Source: Pseudomonadota bacterium (GTDB lineage: Bacteria > Pseudomonadota > Gammaproteobacteria > QQUJ01). Taken from it: a stretch of 64,000 nt of DNA. The first letter of the stretch is position 1; each line of letters opens with the position of its first letter. The translations under genes and the position numbers were made by a program. The stretch covers positions 335,286-399,285 of the forward strand of contig QQUJ01000018.1 in assembly GCA_008501635.1 (NCBI GenBank), written 5' to 3'. This document shows positions 48,801 through 60,839 of the stretch, one piece after another. The notes beneath the pieces were generated by a model. That model was not told the DNA's origin and searched no databases. It saw only the letters and a program-made list of their open reading frames with translations.

Positions 48801-51447
48801 GGAAGAGGGTGGAGCCATCCGATCTTGCGCGCCGTTTGGCAAGATGGCCGGCGAGCTTGAGGCGCTGCGCTTCGCCGCCCGATAGGGTCGGCACGGGCTG
48901 GCCCAGCCGCAGATAGCCCAGACCCACCGCCGCCAGCGGCTCCAGACTCTTGTGTACCGCAGGCTGATCGGTAAAGAACGCTACCGCCTCGGTAACGGTG
49001 AGATCCAGCACATCGGCCATGCACTTGCCGTCAAGCTTCACCTCCAGGACCTCGGAGCGGTAGCGGCGTCCGTCGCAGTCGGGGCAGCGCAGGTAGACGT
49101 CGCTCAGAAACTGCATCTCCACATGTTCGAAACCGGTGCCGCTGCAGGTGGGGCAGCGGCCGGTGCCCGAGTTGAAACTGAAGGTGCCCGCCGTGTAGCC
49201 GCGCTCCCGGGCCAGTGGTTCGGCGGCGAACAGCTTGCGGATGGCATCGAGCGCGCCCACGTAGCTGGCGGGATTGGAGCGTGTGGTCTTGCCGATGGGG
49301 GACTGGTCCACCATCACCACGTCGGTCAACGACTCATGTCCGCGCAGTTGCGTAAACGGTCCAGGCGCTTCGGTTGCTCTGCCCAGCTGTTTGCAGAGCG
49401 CCCGGAACAGCACCGTCTCGATCAAGGTCGATTTTCCCGAACCGCTGACGCCGGTGATGCAGACCAACTGCTGCAGCGGGAAACGCAACTCGATCCCCTT
49501 CAGGTTTTGCGCGGCTGCGCCGGTGAGCGTCAGCCAACTGGTTGTTGAGGGGTCGCGAGTTCTTAAGGTTCTTAAGGGGTCAGAGCCCTTTTCTTCTATC
49601 CGACCCAGATCCGCAACGCAAGTGGCAGAAAAGGGCTCTGACCCCTTAAGAAAATCACCGCGCAGGTAGTGCGCGGTGATCGAATCCCGTGAGCGCAACA
49701 ATTGCTTCGGCGTTCCGAAATAGACCACCTGACCGCCGTGCTCCCCCGGTCCTGGCCCCATGTCGATGATGCGGTCAGCTGCCAACATGATTTGCGCGTC
49801 GTGCTCCACCACCACCAGCGAGTTACCGGCATCGCGCAGTCGATGCAGAATCCCGATGACCCGCTCCATGTCACGCGGGTGTAGCCCGATGCTGGGTTCG
49901 TCCAGTACAAAGAGGGTGTTGACCAGGGAGGTGCCGAGCGCGGTGGTTAGATTGATGCGCTGCACTTCACCGCCGCTCAAGGTGCGCGACTGGCGGTCGA
50001 GGGTGAGGTAGCCGAGACCGACTTCCTCCAGGTAGCGCAATCGCGAGCGGATTTCGCCGAGCAGCAGGTCGGTCGCCTCATCGAGGGGGGCGGGTAACTG
50101 CAGGGTATCGAAAAAGGCGCGGCAACGATTGATCGGCAGGATCATGACATCGTGCAGCGTGAGGCCCGGCAGTGAAGCCAGCGTCGCGCGGGTATATTCG
50201 AAAGACGCAGCGTGGAACCGCTGCGTATCGGGCAGGACGCTGTCGGCCTCGCGCTTCGTGCCGATGCGCCAGTTGAGGGCCTCGGGTTTAAGCCGTGCCC
50301 CAGCGCAATTTGCGCAGCGATCGTAGGATCGGTACTTGGAGAGCAGCACACGGATGTGCATGCGATAACTTTTGGTCTCCAGCCAATCGAAGAAACGCCG
50401 CGTGCCGTACCAGACGCCCTCGTCCCAGTGGCCTTCACCGTCGATGACCCAACGCCGGTGCCGGTCGCTCAGTTCGCGCCACGCCTTGTTGATGGGCACC
50501 CTGCGCTGCCTGGCAAAGCGGATCAGGTCGTCCTGGCATTCGCGGTAGCTGTCGGTCTGCCATGGTTTTACCGCTCCGGCGGCGAGGCTCTTGCTTTCGT
50601 CGGGCACCACCAATCCGTAGTCGATGCCCATGGTGCGTCCGAAACCACGGCAGGTCTCGCACGCACCGAGGGGTGAGTTGAAGGAGAAACTGTTGGGGAC
50701 AGGGTCGCTGTATTCGATGTCGCAAGATGCGCAGTGCAGCGTCGCCGAGTAGGGCAATGCCCGGTGTCCGTCGTCGAGCGGAAACACGCGAATGTGGCCA
50801 CGACCGTGATGCAACGCGATTTCCAGGTCTTCGATCAGGCGATCGCGCCGGTCGGGTGCCAGGCGCAGTCGGTCTTGAGTCACCAACAGTGTACCCTCGA
50901 ACTCATCTTGAATCCGGCTGTAGCCCTGTGCCTCCAGATTCTTCAGCACCTCATCGCGGGTGAAGTTGCCGGGTATGCGAATGGGAAAAGTGATGGCGAC
51001 GCGTTGATCGGTGTGTTTTGCGAGCAACTGATCGGCAATGGTATCGGGTGTGTCGCGTACCACCGGCTGCCCGCAGCGGTGGCAATAGAGCTGGGTGGTA
51101 CGCGCGAACAGCAACTTCAGATGATCGTTGAGTTCGGTCATGGTGCCCACCGTTGAGCGCGAGGTGCGTACCGGATTGGTCTGGTCGATGGCGATGGCCG
51201 GCGGGATACCCTCGATGCGCTCCACCTGCGGCTTGTCCATGCGGTCGAGGAACTGACGCGCGTAGGGTGAAAAGGTCTCGACGTAGCGGCGTTGCCCCTC
51301 CGCGTAGAGGGTATCGAAGGCGAGCGAGGATTTGCCCGAGCCGCTGACGCCGGTAATGACGATCAGTTCGTTGAGCGGCAGTTCGAGATCCAGGTTCTTC
51401 AGGTTGTTCTGAGTCGCGCCGTGGATACGAATAGTCAAGTCGCTCAT
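45835..51447 (-). CDS. uvrA: Tandem-duplicated (four ABC-ATPase domain) UvrA-family excinuclease subunit
   Basis: Four Walker A motifs (GVSGSGKS x3, GISGSGKS), four LSGGE signatures, multiple CxxC Zn modules, 1870 aa. Confidence 0.93.
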   Translation of the reverse strand: MSDLTIRIHGATQNNLKNLDLELPLNELIVITGVSGSGKSSLAFDTLYAEGQRRYVETFSPYARQFLDRMDKPQVERIEGIPPAIAIDQTNPVRTSRSTVGTMTELNDHLKLLFARTTQLYCHRCGQPVVRDTPDTIADQLLAKHTDQRVAITFPIRIPGNFTRDEVLKNLEAQGYSRIQDEFEGTLLVTQDRLRLAPDRRDRLIEDLEIALHHGRGHIRVFPLDDGHRALPYSATLHCASCDIEYSDPVPNSFSFNSPLGACETCRGFGRTMGIDYGLVVPDESKSLAAGAVKPWQTDSYRECQDDLIRFARQRRVPINKAWRELSDRHRRWVIDGEGHWDEGVWYGTRRFFDWLETKSYRMHIRVLLSKYRSYDRCANCAGARLKPEALNWRIGTKREADSVLPDTQRFHAASFEYTRATLASLPGLTLHDVMILPINRCRAFFDTLQLPAPLDEATDLLLGEIRSRLRYLEEVGLGYLTLDRQSRTLSGGEVQRINLTTALGTSLVNTLFVLDEPSIGLHPRDMERVIGILHRLRDAGNSLVVVEHDAQIMLAADRIIDMGPGPGEHGGQVVYFGTPKQLLRSRDSITAHYLRGDFLKGSEPFSATCVADLGRIEEKGSDPLRTLRTRDPSTTSWLTLTGAAAQNLKGIELRFPLQQLVCITGVSGSGKSTLIETVLFRALCKQLGRATEAPGPFTQLRGHESLTDVVMVDQSPIGKTTRSNPASYVGALDAIRKLFAAEPLARERGYTAGTFSFNSGTGRCPTCSGTGFEHVEMQFLSDVYLRCPDCDGRRYRSEVLEVKLDGKCMADVLDLTVTEAVAFFTDQPAVHKSLEPLAAVGLGYLRLGQPVPTLSGGEAQRLKLAGHLAKRRARSDGSTLFLFDEPTTGLHFADIARLLEAFERLLADGHSVLVIEHNLDVINAADWLVDLGPEGGEAGGEIVFAGSPMEAAKSASSHTGRALRDYRSTANRDERSPAAKRPPTAKSVRGARRNNKAIQIHNAREHNLRNIDVTIPKEKFTVITGISGSGKSTVAFDILFAEGQRRYLESLNAYARQFVQPSARPEVDAIYGIPPTVAIEQRTSRGGRKSTVATLTEVYHFLRLLFVKLGTQHCPRCDLPIEPQSPEAIAARLLKEYRGETIQLLAPLVVDRKGYYTDLAQWALNKGYTHLRVDGELLPTADWPRLDRFREHTIDLPVAKLKVTPGSESQLRALLNSALDFGKGVVKIVEQRSHQETLYSSRRACHGCGRSFAELDPRLFSYNSKHGWCPDCFGTGLAIKGFDAEQSGEEIWWNDWFEGETHNCAGCGGARLNPEALAVRFRDHSIAAIAGFPVAVAERWLRRLKLNRREEAVARDLRAELLSRLGFLQKVGLDYLTLDRAAPTLSGGEAQRIRLAAQLGSNLRGVCYILDEPTIGLHPRDNRLLLDTLAELLAKGNSVVVVEHDEETIRRAEHLIDLGPGAGSGGGRIVAQGSLKQLMRSKESLTGRMLAHPLPHPLVRERPWLDPNAGAIAIHGADLHNLQCVDTTIPLGRLVCITGVSGSGKSTLVRHVLGDNLVRLLGARRKRRARLPLQGCADIAGWEKVQRLLEVDQTPIGKTPRSCPATYVGIWDAIRKLYAQTSEARLRGYGPGRFSFNVKGGRCEVCEGQGIQKIEMSFLPDVRVACEACGGARFNAETRAVLFKDESIADVLAMSIDTAVDFFAAHPAIHHTLCLLQDVGLGYLTLGQQSPTLSGGEAQRIKLVTELAKARTGGEQNDRRRRTVSPAHTLYLLDEPTIGLHMADVEKLIRVLHRLVAAGNSVVVIEHNLDIIAEADWVIDMGPEGGKNGGRVVAQGTPTRVAGRKRGSHTARFLNDFLAERSNVCKSKQ
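49569..49652. repeat. In-frame palindromic REP-like insertion within uvrA
   Basis: Perfect 26-bp arms TTCTTAAGGGGTCAGAGCCCTTTTCT / AGAAAAGGGCTCTGACCCCTTAAGAA; 84 bp total; adjacent 9-bp tandem GTTCTTAAG. Confidence 0.9.
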
Positions 51448-51731
51448 GGTGTGCAGAGGGTGGCCGGGTCGAAAAGGACGCCCACTATAACAAGTGGCGC
51501 CGGTGTTCGCCCGTGCGGATTCATCGCCCCTCCAAAGCCACGTCAGTGCGTTCGTGGCGGCAGCGCAAACTATGCTTTCCCTGCTCTGTATGCGGGATTC
51601 CTGCGCCCGGTTGGAGCGGTGTGCAGTTAACTCGGCTGACGATTACCACGACATATCCAACAACCAGTGGCGGGATGCGGAATTGCTGTACGGCTGGAGT
51701 GGTCAGTGTTTACGGCGAAGGAGACGATGCT

Positions 51732-52116
51732 ATGAGCCGACGTGCCAGATGTGCAGTGGGAATAGTGGTTGCCCTGCTTGCAACCTCTGTGGTTGCGGAC
51801 AGCCATAAGAGTCCGGGCGGTATCATTGCGATCCCGGTGGGCAAAGCGACGGGGCGGCTCACGGTCCAGTTCGAACTGTTCGACAGGAAACCCTTTGTCC
51901 ACCGGGTGCGCGCTGGAGATCAACCGCATTGCGGCGGGCAGACACGTGGTCAATGTCAGCGTAGCGGGTGGATGCGGTGGTTTCGGTTGGCTGCCGAGTG
52001 CCAGGCAGCGTGTCAATCTGATTGAAGGCAACCGATACACGGGCCTGGTGCGGTTTACGTATCACCGCGTGTCTACGCAATTGCCGATCAAACCCCTGCC
52101 CCGGTTGCCGCGATAG
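51732..52116 (+). pseudogene. Possible frameshifted exported protein
   Basis: AAGGAGA RBS, ATG 51732, signal-like AVGIVVALLATSVVA; protein-like sequence appears to continue in another frame (LEINRIAAGRHVVNVSV...) to 52116. Confidence 0.3.
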
Positions 52117-52143
52117 TGATGGGTAACGACTTCGCCCGCACCT

Positions 52144-54093
<1,950 letters not shown>

Positions 54094-54173
54094 GGGGATA
54101 GGCTCAGGCCGGGTGCGATTTGGGGGTGATCGACACAGGGACGCGCATCGGGCATCGTCGATCGGGATCGGTA

Positions 54174-54872
54174 CTATCCGGTTTGATCGGAACCGGTGCT
54201 GCCAATTTCCCGCACGATGCCCTCATCCAGCCAGTCAAGCAATCCCTGCCACTGTTCGATATCGCGCTGAGCGAGATGAGGAGGCAGGTCGTGAATCCCG
54301 ATCCCCTGCTCGGCGGCACGCACATAGTTCTGCGTGTCACGAAGCGCGGCAACAAAGGGAATATTCAGCGTTTGCAGAAAATTGCGCAGCGCTAGGTACG
54401 AATTGGTGCGCGCCCTGACCCGGTTGGCGACCACGGCGAGCCGCGTCTTGTGCACCCGGGCGCGCCCCACCAGCAGCAGGTCGCGAATGAAATCGGATGC
54501 GGCGTAGATATCGATGGAGGAGGGCAGGACAGGAATCAGTATGGTGTCGACCCGACGTACATAGTCTTCGAGGTGAAAACCATGAATCCCCGCCGGTGCG
54601 TCGATCACCACGCGTTCGGTGCCGACCGGCGGTGCCAACTGCCAGGCGCGGGTCGCATTGGCGTTGCGCGTTTCGCGAAAGGCGGCGATGCCGTGGATCT
54701 GCGGGCGTTCCTCTCCGCGGATGCGATTCCACTTGGTACTCGAACCCTGCGGATCGTAGTCCACCATTGCGGTTTGCATCCCCAAGCCTGCGAAATAGCT
54801 CGCGAGATTGGTTGCGATGGTGGTCTTGCCGCAACCGCCCTTGGAGTTGAGTACGAGTATGGTGTGGCGCAT
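54174..54872 (-). CDS. ParA/MinD-like ATPase (orphan)
   Basis: Deviant Walker A NSKGGCGKTT, DYDPQGS, IDAPAG. Confidence 0.85.
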   Translation of the reverse strand: MRHTILVLNSKGGCGKTTIATNLASYFAGLGMQTAMVDYDPQGSSTKWNRIRGEERPQIHGIAAFRETRNANATRAWQLAPPVGTERVVIDAPAGIHGFHLEDYVRRVDTILIPVLPSSIDIYAASDFIRDLLLVGRARVHKTRLAVVANRVRARTNSYLALRNFLQTLNIPFVAALRDTQNYVRAAEQGIGIHDLPPHLAQRDIEQWQGLLDWLDEGIVREIGSTGSDQTG

Positions 54873-54959
54873 GCCCAGTCTGCGAGTCAGTGCCCTGTAT
54901 GCTTTTATTGTGCGCCAGTGTAGCAGTATCTATCTGATAGACAAACAAAACCCATCACA

Positions 54960-57269
54960 TTATCCAACGCGTCGATTCATGTCAGTAGCTTCCAGCTCGG
55001 CTGTCTGGGTCTGAGCATCGACGACCGCCAGGGCGCTCATATTGACGATACGTCGCACGGTAGTGGAGGTGGTCAGGACGTGCGCGGGCGCCGCGGCGCC
55101 CAGCAGTAGCGGACCGATTACCACTGCATCGCCGAGAATTTTCAACAGGTTGTAGGCGATGTTGGCGGAATCCATGTTGGGCATGATCAACAGATTTGCT
55201 GCGCCGGAGAGTTCGGAATTCGGAAAGATAGCGCTGCGGATTCTCTCGGACAACGCGGTATCGGCGTGCATCTCGCCCTCGACTTCCAGATCGGGCGCAC
55301 GTCGTTTGATGATCACACGCGCCTCGGCCATCTTGAGTGCAGAGGCGGTTTTGCTGCTGCCAAAGTTGGAGTGCGAAAGCAGGGCCACCTTGGGTACGAT
55401 GCCGAAGCGCCGTACCGCCTCACTGGCGAGCAGCGTCATCTCGGTGATCTCTTCGGTGGTCGGATCGGGATTGACGTGGGTGTCGCAGATGAACAGAGCG
55501 CCCTGTTTGATCAACAGCACATTCATCGCCGCGACCACGCGCGCGTGCGGGTGACGCCCCAGCACGTTGATAATGTGATTGAGGTGTCGGTGGTAGCGGC
55601 CGGTGACGCCGCAGATCATCGCATCCGCTTCGCCGTGGCGGATCATCAATGCACCCATGACGGTAGAGCGCGTGCGCACGATCTTGCGTGCGTAGTCGGG
55701 GGAGACGCCCTGACGTTCCATGAGTTGATGGTAGAGCTCCCAGTACTCCGTGAACTCGGGGTTGGTGAGCAGGTTCACTACGTCGAAGTGTTCGCCCTGG
55801 CGGATGCGCAGACCGAGCTTCTGGATGCGCCGCGTGATGACGTTGGGGCGACCGATCAGGATCGGACGTGCCAGTCCTTCCGTGACGATGTCCTGCACTG
55901 CGCGCAGTACGCGCTCCTCTTCACCTTCGGCGTAGACGATGCGCTTGGGTGCCAGTTTGGCGGCTTCGAAAATCGGTTTCATCAGCAGTCCGGAGCGAAC
56001 GACGTACTGCTGCAGCTTCTCGCGGTAGGCGACGAAATCGGGCAGGGGCCGCGTTGCGACGCCGCTCTCCATGGCGGCTTTGGCAACCGCGGATGACACC
56101 TCGACGATCAGTCGTGGATCGAAAGGCTTGGGGATGATGTAGTGCGGGCCAAAGGTAAGCGCGTGATCGCCGTAGGCGCTGGCCACCACATCGGATGCCT
56201 CCACCGTTGCAAGGTCGGCGATTGCATGCACGGCTGCGATCTTCATCGCGCCGTTGACGCACGTGGCGCCCACATCGAGTGCGCCGCGGAAAATGTAGGG
56301 GAAGCAGAGGACGTTGTTCACCTGATTGGGATAGTCGGAGCGCCCGGTTGCCATGATCGCATCCTGGCGAACCTTCCTGACCTCCTCGGGCAGGATCTCC
56401 GGTACCGGATTGGCCAGCGCCAGTATGAGCGGCCGCTTGGCCATTGTGGCGACCATCTCTTTGGTGATGACGCCTGGACCGGAGAGCCCGAGGAAGATAT
56501 CGGCGCCGCTCATCGCTTCGGCGATGGTGCGCATCCTGGTCTCTTGAGCAAAGCGCACCTTGGTGGGGTCCGTCGAGGTGTCGCGACCTTTGTAAACCAC
56601 GCCTTTGCGATCGCAGATGGTGATATTCTCGCGCGGCAGGCCCAGGTCCACCAGCAGCTCGAGGCAGGCTATCCCGGCGGCACCTGCGCCGAGGGCGACC
56701 AGGCGCACCCTGGAGATCTCTTTCTCCAGCAAGCGCAGCCCATTCAGGGTCGCTGCGCCCACGATGATGGCAGTGCCATGCTGGTCATCATGAAACACGG
56801 GGATGTTGACGCGTGCCTGCAGTTTGCGCTCGATCTCGAAACACTCCGGCGCCTTGATATCCTCCAGGTTGATGGCGCCAAACGTGGGTTCCAGACGCGC
56901 GATGGTATCGACAAACAGGTCGGAATCGGTCTCGTTGACCTCGATATCGAAGACATCGATATGCGCGAATTTCTTGAACAGCACCGCCTTGCCTTCCATC
57001 ACCGGCTTGGCGGCCAGCGGACCGATGGGCCCGAGTCCCAGCACTGCGGTGCCATTGGTGACCACGGCAACCAGGTTGCCGCGCGCCGTCATCTCGCTCA
57101 CTTGGGCGGGGTCATCGACAATCGCGTTGCACGCGGCAGCCACGCCTGGAGAGTAGGCCAATGCCAGATCGCGCTGATTGGCCAGCGGCTTGGTGGGCGA
57201 GATTTCGAGTTTTCCGGGCTTCGGGTAGCGGTGGTAATGCAGTGCGCTTTCGGTCAGATCGTTGGCCAT
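54960..57269 (-). CDS. maeB: NADP-dependent malic enzyme with phosphotransacetylase-like domain
   Basis: [40 protein letters not shown]-terminal PTA domain ([17 protein letters not shown]). Confidence 0.96.
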   Translation of the reverse strand: MANDLTESALHYHRYPKPGKLEISPTKPLANQRDLALAYSPGVAAACNAIVDDPAQVSEMTARGNLVAVVTNGTAVLGLGPIGPLAAKPVMEGKAVLFKKFAHIDVFDIEVNETDSDLFVDTIARLEPTFGAINLEDIKAPECFEIERKLQARVNIPVFHDDQHGTAIIVGAATLNGLRLLEKEISRVRLVALGAGAAGIACLELLVDLGLPRENITICDRKGVVYKGRDTSTDPTKVRFAQETRMRTIAEAMSGADIFLGLSGPGVITKEMVATMAKRPLILALANPVPEILPEEVRKVRQDAIMATGRSDYPNQVNNVLCFPYIFRGALDVGATCVNGAMKIAAVHAIADLATVEASDVVASAYGDHALTFGPHYIIPKPFDPRLIVEVSSAVAKAAMESGVATRPLPDFVAYREKLQQYVVRSGLLMKPIFEAAKLAPKRIVYAEGEEERVLRAVQDIVTEGLARPILIGRPNVITRRIQKLGLRIRQGEHFDVVNLLTNPEFTEYWELYHQLMERQGVSPDYARKIVRTRSTVMGALMIRHGEADAMICGVTGRYHRHLNHIINVLGRHPHARVVAAMNVLLIKQGALFICDTHVNPDPTTEEITEMTLLASEAVRRFGIVPKVALLSHSNFGSSKTASALKMAEARVIIKRRAPDLEVEGEMHADTALSERIRSAIFPNSELSGAANLLIMPNMDSANIAYNLLKILGDAVVIGPLLLGAAAPAHVLTTSTTVRRIVNMSALAVVDAQTQTAELEATDMNRRVG

Positions 57270-57484
57270 CAATGGATTCCTACGCTACGGTTGAGCGGAA
57301 AACGAACCGGATGTATGTCGCTGCAATGGCACGGCCGCCTGGCGTGGTTGGTGTCAGGCCGGCGCCGTACAAAGGGCGGTGTTGGGTGCAGAAGGAAGGC
57401 TGTATTCTTGAGCTTCATGGTATGAGAAAAGCATAACACAGCCTCCTCAGCGAATAGAGTGTTACAAGGTGGCTGTGTGCCTCG

Positions 57485-58282
57485 CTATTTTGCCCGCCGA
57501 TCCGCGCGCTTTGCGGCCTCCCACAGCGCGTCGAGTTCAGCCAGGGGTGTATCGACGGGCGCGCGCCCCTGTTGACGCAGATCCGTCTCGATGAAGCGAA
57601 ATCGGCGTTCAAACTTCCGGTTGGCATAGCGCAGCGCCGTTTCGGGATCGACGCCCAGGTGGCGCGACAGGTTGGTGCAGGCGAACAACAGATCGCCCAT
57701 CTCGTCGGTGATCCGCCCCAGATCGTTGTCCCCGGACAGTTCGTGACGCACCTCCTCCAGTTCCTCGGCGATTTTGTCGAACACAGGATGCGGACTCGGC
57801 CAATCGAAACCGACACGGGCTGCGCGACGCTGCAGTTTCACCGAGCGGGTGAGGGCCGGGAGTGCGGCAGTCACACCGTCGAGCACACTGTCGCGCTCGG
57901 GTTTTTCCCGTGCCTTGTGTTGCTCCCACGCCTCGGTTTGGGTGGCTGCATCGGCGATCTGCTCGTCACCAAAGACGTGGGGGTGGCGGCGAATCATCTT
58001 GTCGACGATGGACTGCACCACGTCGGAGAACTCGAACCAGCTTGCCTCCTCGGCCATCCGCGCATGGTAGACCACCTGCAGCAGCAGATCGCCCAGTTCC
58101 TCTTTGAGGTCCTCGGGTGCCTCGCGCTCGATGGCATCAGCGACTTCATAGGCCTCTTCTATGGTGTAGGGGGCGATGGAGCGGAAGTCCTGCTCCCGGT
58201 CCCAGGGACAGCCGGTTTTGGGGTCGCGCAGCCGTGCCATGACGGTGAGCAGGGCGCGGATATCGTGATGCGGGTAGTTCAT
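57485..58282 (-). CDS. mazG: Nucleoside triphosphate pyrophosphohydrolase
   Basis: GCPWDREQ, EEAYEV, ELGDLLLQV, RRHPHVF, VGFDW, KFERRF. Confidence 0.95.
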   Translation of the reverse strand: MNYPHHDIRALLTVMARLRDPKTGCPWDREQDFRSIAPYTIEEAYEVADAIEREAPEDLKEELGDLLLQVVYHARMAEEASWFEFSDVVQSIVDKMIRRHPHVFGDEQIADAATQTEAWEQHKAREKPERDSVLDGVTAALPALTRSVKLQRRAARVGFDWPSPHPVFDKIAEELEEVRHELSGDNDLGRITDEMGDLLFACTNLSRHLGVDPETALRYANRKFERRFRFIETDLRQQGRAPVDTPLAELDALWEAAKRADRRAK

Positions 58283-58286
58283 CGAG

Positions 58287-59054
58287 CTAGTTCCTCGAAG
58301 CCTCAGACGTTGGTCTTGGAGCCGCGATCAGCCGCGGCAGAATTTCTCCAGCGGGACCGCGTAAGTGTAGGTGCGCATTGTGGCTGAGTGGGGTTTCGCT
58401 GGGGTTGATCTCGATCAGCATGGCGCCGGCTTCGAGTGCGGCGTAGGGTAACCCAGCCGCTGGATAGACCAAACTCGAGGTGCCGATGCAGAGGAAGAGG
58501 TCGCAGCGCTTTGCCGCGTCGAACGCCCGCTCCAGCGCCGCAGCCGGCAGGTGTTCGCCGAACCAGACCACGTCCGGCCGCAGCGGTGCGTCACATTGTG
58601 GACAGCGTGGAGGGATGCGGGTGTCGTCAGGATTCGGAACGGCTGGATGGGCCTTGTCCGCGCAGCGGGTGCGATGGATGTTGCCGTGGAGTTCGATGAT
58701 ATTGTGACTTCCCGCGCCTTGGTGCAGTCCGTCAACGTTCTGTGTTATCAAGTGAAAATTGCTGCAGTGTTGCTCCATTGCCGCCAGGGCGGTGTGGCCA
58801 GGATTGGGCTGCGCTGCCGCAATCAGTTCGCGCCGCCATGCGTACCATTGCCACACCCGTTCCGGATCGGCTGCGAACGCCTCGGGCGTGGCAAGCTGCA
58901 GAGGATCATAAGTGGCCCAAAGACCGGTTTGGGCATCGCGAAAGGTGGGTACACCACTCTCAGCCGAGATGCCCGCGCCGGTGAGGACCGTTATACGAGT
59001 CGCAGCGCAGATCAGCGCGGCGGCTTGCTGCAGTGGGTTGCTTTCTTCAGGCAT
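58287..59054 (-). CDS. cobB: NAD-dependent protein deacylase (sirtuin, class III)
   Basis: GAGISAESGVPTFR, WY..RR, TQNVDGLH, LHG, RPDVVWFGE, GTS..VYPAA. Confidence 0.93.
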   Translation of the reverse strand: MPEESNPLQQAAALICAATRITVLTGAGISAESGVPTFRDAQTGLWATYDPLQLATPEAFAADPERVWQWYAWRRELIAAAQPNPGHTALAAMEQHCSNFHLITQNVDGLHQGAGSHNIIELHGNIHRTRCADKAHPAVPNPDDTRIPPRCPQCDAPLRPDVVWFGEHLPAAALERAFDAAKRCDLFLCIGTSSLVYPAAGLPYAALEAGAMLIEINPSETPLSHNAHLHLRGPAGEILPRLIAAPRPTSEASRN

Positions 59055-59334
59055 CGGCTTCGACGCTCGGGGTGGAATCCCGGTCAAGGATAGTTGAATG
59101 TCTGTTGTGTATGCCCGAACTCCTGGCAAGACAAGGGACCTTGGATTCCGCAATACTGGGCGCAATTCGGTCTACGATTGATCGGCAACAGTGCCCATTC
59201 AGCCATCGGGGCCGCTATAATCTCCACCTCTGTCGCTCGCCCGGAGGCGGAGCGTGCCCTGCGGTCGGACATAACACTCTGCTTTTATTGGTGAAATTAA
59301 CATCAGCGTGCAATGACAGGAAGCCGCGGTAGAC

Positions 59335-60006
59335 GTGATTAAACGTTTCTCCCAAAACCAGCTGGGTCGCGATTTCGTATCCGGCGATATCCACGGCGAA
59401 TTCCATCTGCTGGAGGCGGAATTGGAACGGCTGGATTTTGATACTGATCGTGACCGCCTTTTCTGTGTCGGCGATCTGGTGGATCGCGGCAGCGACTCTC
59501 TGGCGGCACTGGAGTGGCTCGCCAAGCCCTGGTTCCACACCTGCCGCGGTAATCACGACAATTTCGTTCAATCCGCACCGGGTAATGTCGACGAGTTGTC
59601 CTGGTGGGTGGCGGTCAACGGGGGTGACTGGTGGCTGGAGGTGGATGAGGCGACCAAGTGGCGCTTTATGGAGACCTTCGCCGAATTGCCCATGCTCCTG
59701 GAGGTGGAGACCCCCCAGGGTCTGGTGGGGATCGTCCACGCTGATATCCCGTGCAATATGTCGTGGTCCCAGTTTGCAACCCGCCTGCAGGATGGTGATC
59801 AGGCCGTATTTGAGTATGCGCTGTGGAGCCGCGGCCGTGCCCAGGAGGTCTGCACGACACCCGTGGAGGGCGTCTACCGCGTCTACTGCGGACACACCGT
59901 TTTTGATGCGCCCAAACAGGTTGGGAATGTCTACTTCATCGATACCGGCGCCGGTTACGATTTCGAAGGCGCACACCTGACTGTGTTGCCCATCAATACC
60001 GCGTAA
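59335..60006 (+). CDS. Ser/Thr protein phosphatase (PphA/lambda NinI-like metallophosphoesterase)
   Basis: GDIHG, GDLVDRG, RGNH, NGGDWW, VHAD, GHT, IDTG. Confidence 0.9.
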   Translation: MIKRFSQNQLGRDFVSGDIHGEFHLLEAELERLDFDTDRDRLFCVGDLVDRGSDSLAALEWLAKPWFHTCRGNHDNFVQSAPGNVDELSWWVAVNGGDWWLEVDEATKWRFMETFAELPMLLEVETPQGLVGIVHADIPCNMSWSQFATRLQDGDQAVFEYALWSRGRAQEVCTTPVEGVYRVYCGHTVFDAPKQVGNVYFIDTGAGYDFEGAHLTVLPINTA

Positions 60007-60046
60007 CCCCCTTACCCGAACTCAATCCTGAATCGATCCGCAATGC

Positions 60047-60094
60047 CGCACCATGTTGGTGCAGGGTGGGCCTTTGCTCGTCGAATCTGGTGCA
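60047..60094. promoter_or_regulatory. NtrC-type enhancer (strong plus weak site)
   Basis: CGCACCATGTTGGTGCA (60047-60063) matches TGCACCA-N3-TGGTGCA; second half-conserved site ..CTGGTGCA ends at 60094, 31 bp downstream. Confidence 0.78.
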
Positions 60095-60143
60095 TCTGGT
60101 CGGGGGTGGTACGGTAATCGAACTGTAACATCATGAAAATAAT

Positions 60144-60818
<675 letters not shown>

Positions 60819-60839
60819 CCCGACGCGGAGGTTTTTACG

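Noticed and set aside
54174..54872. ParA as evidence of a plasmid or integrated element
   Set aside because: No parB, rep or integrase; it is embedded among housekeeping genes, typical of orphan chromosomal ParA-like ATPases.
57485..60006. mazG-cobB-phosphatase as an anti-phage (Sir2/MazG) defence island
   Set aside because: Both are canonical housekeeping forms (two-domain MazG, class III CobB) with no fused or adjacent defence effectors.
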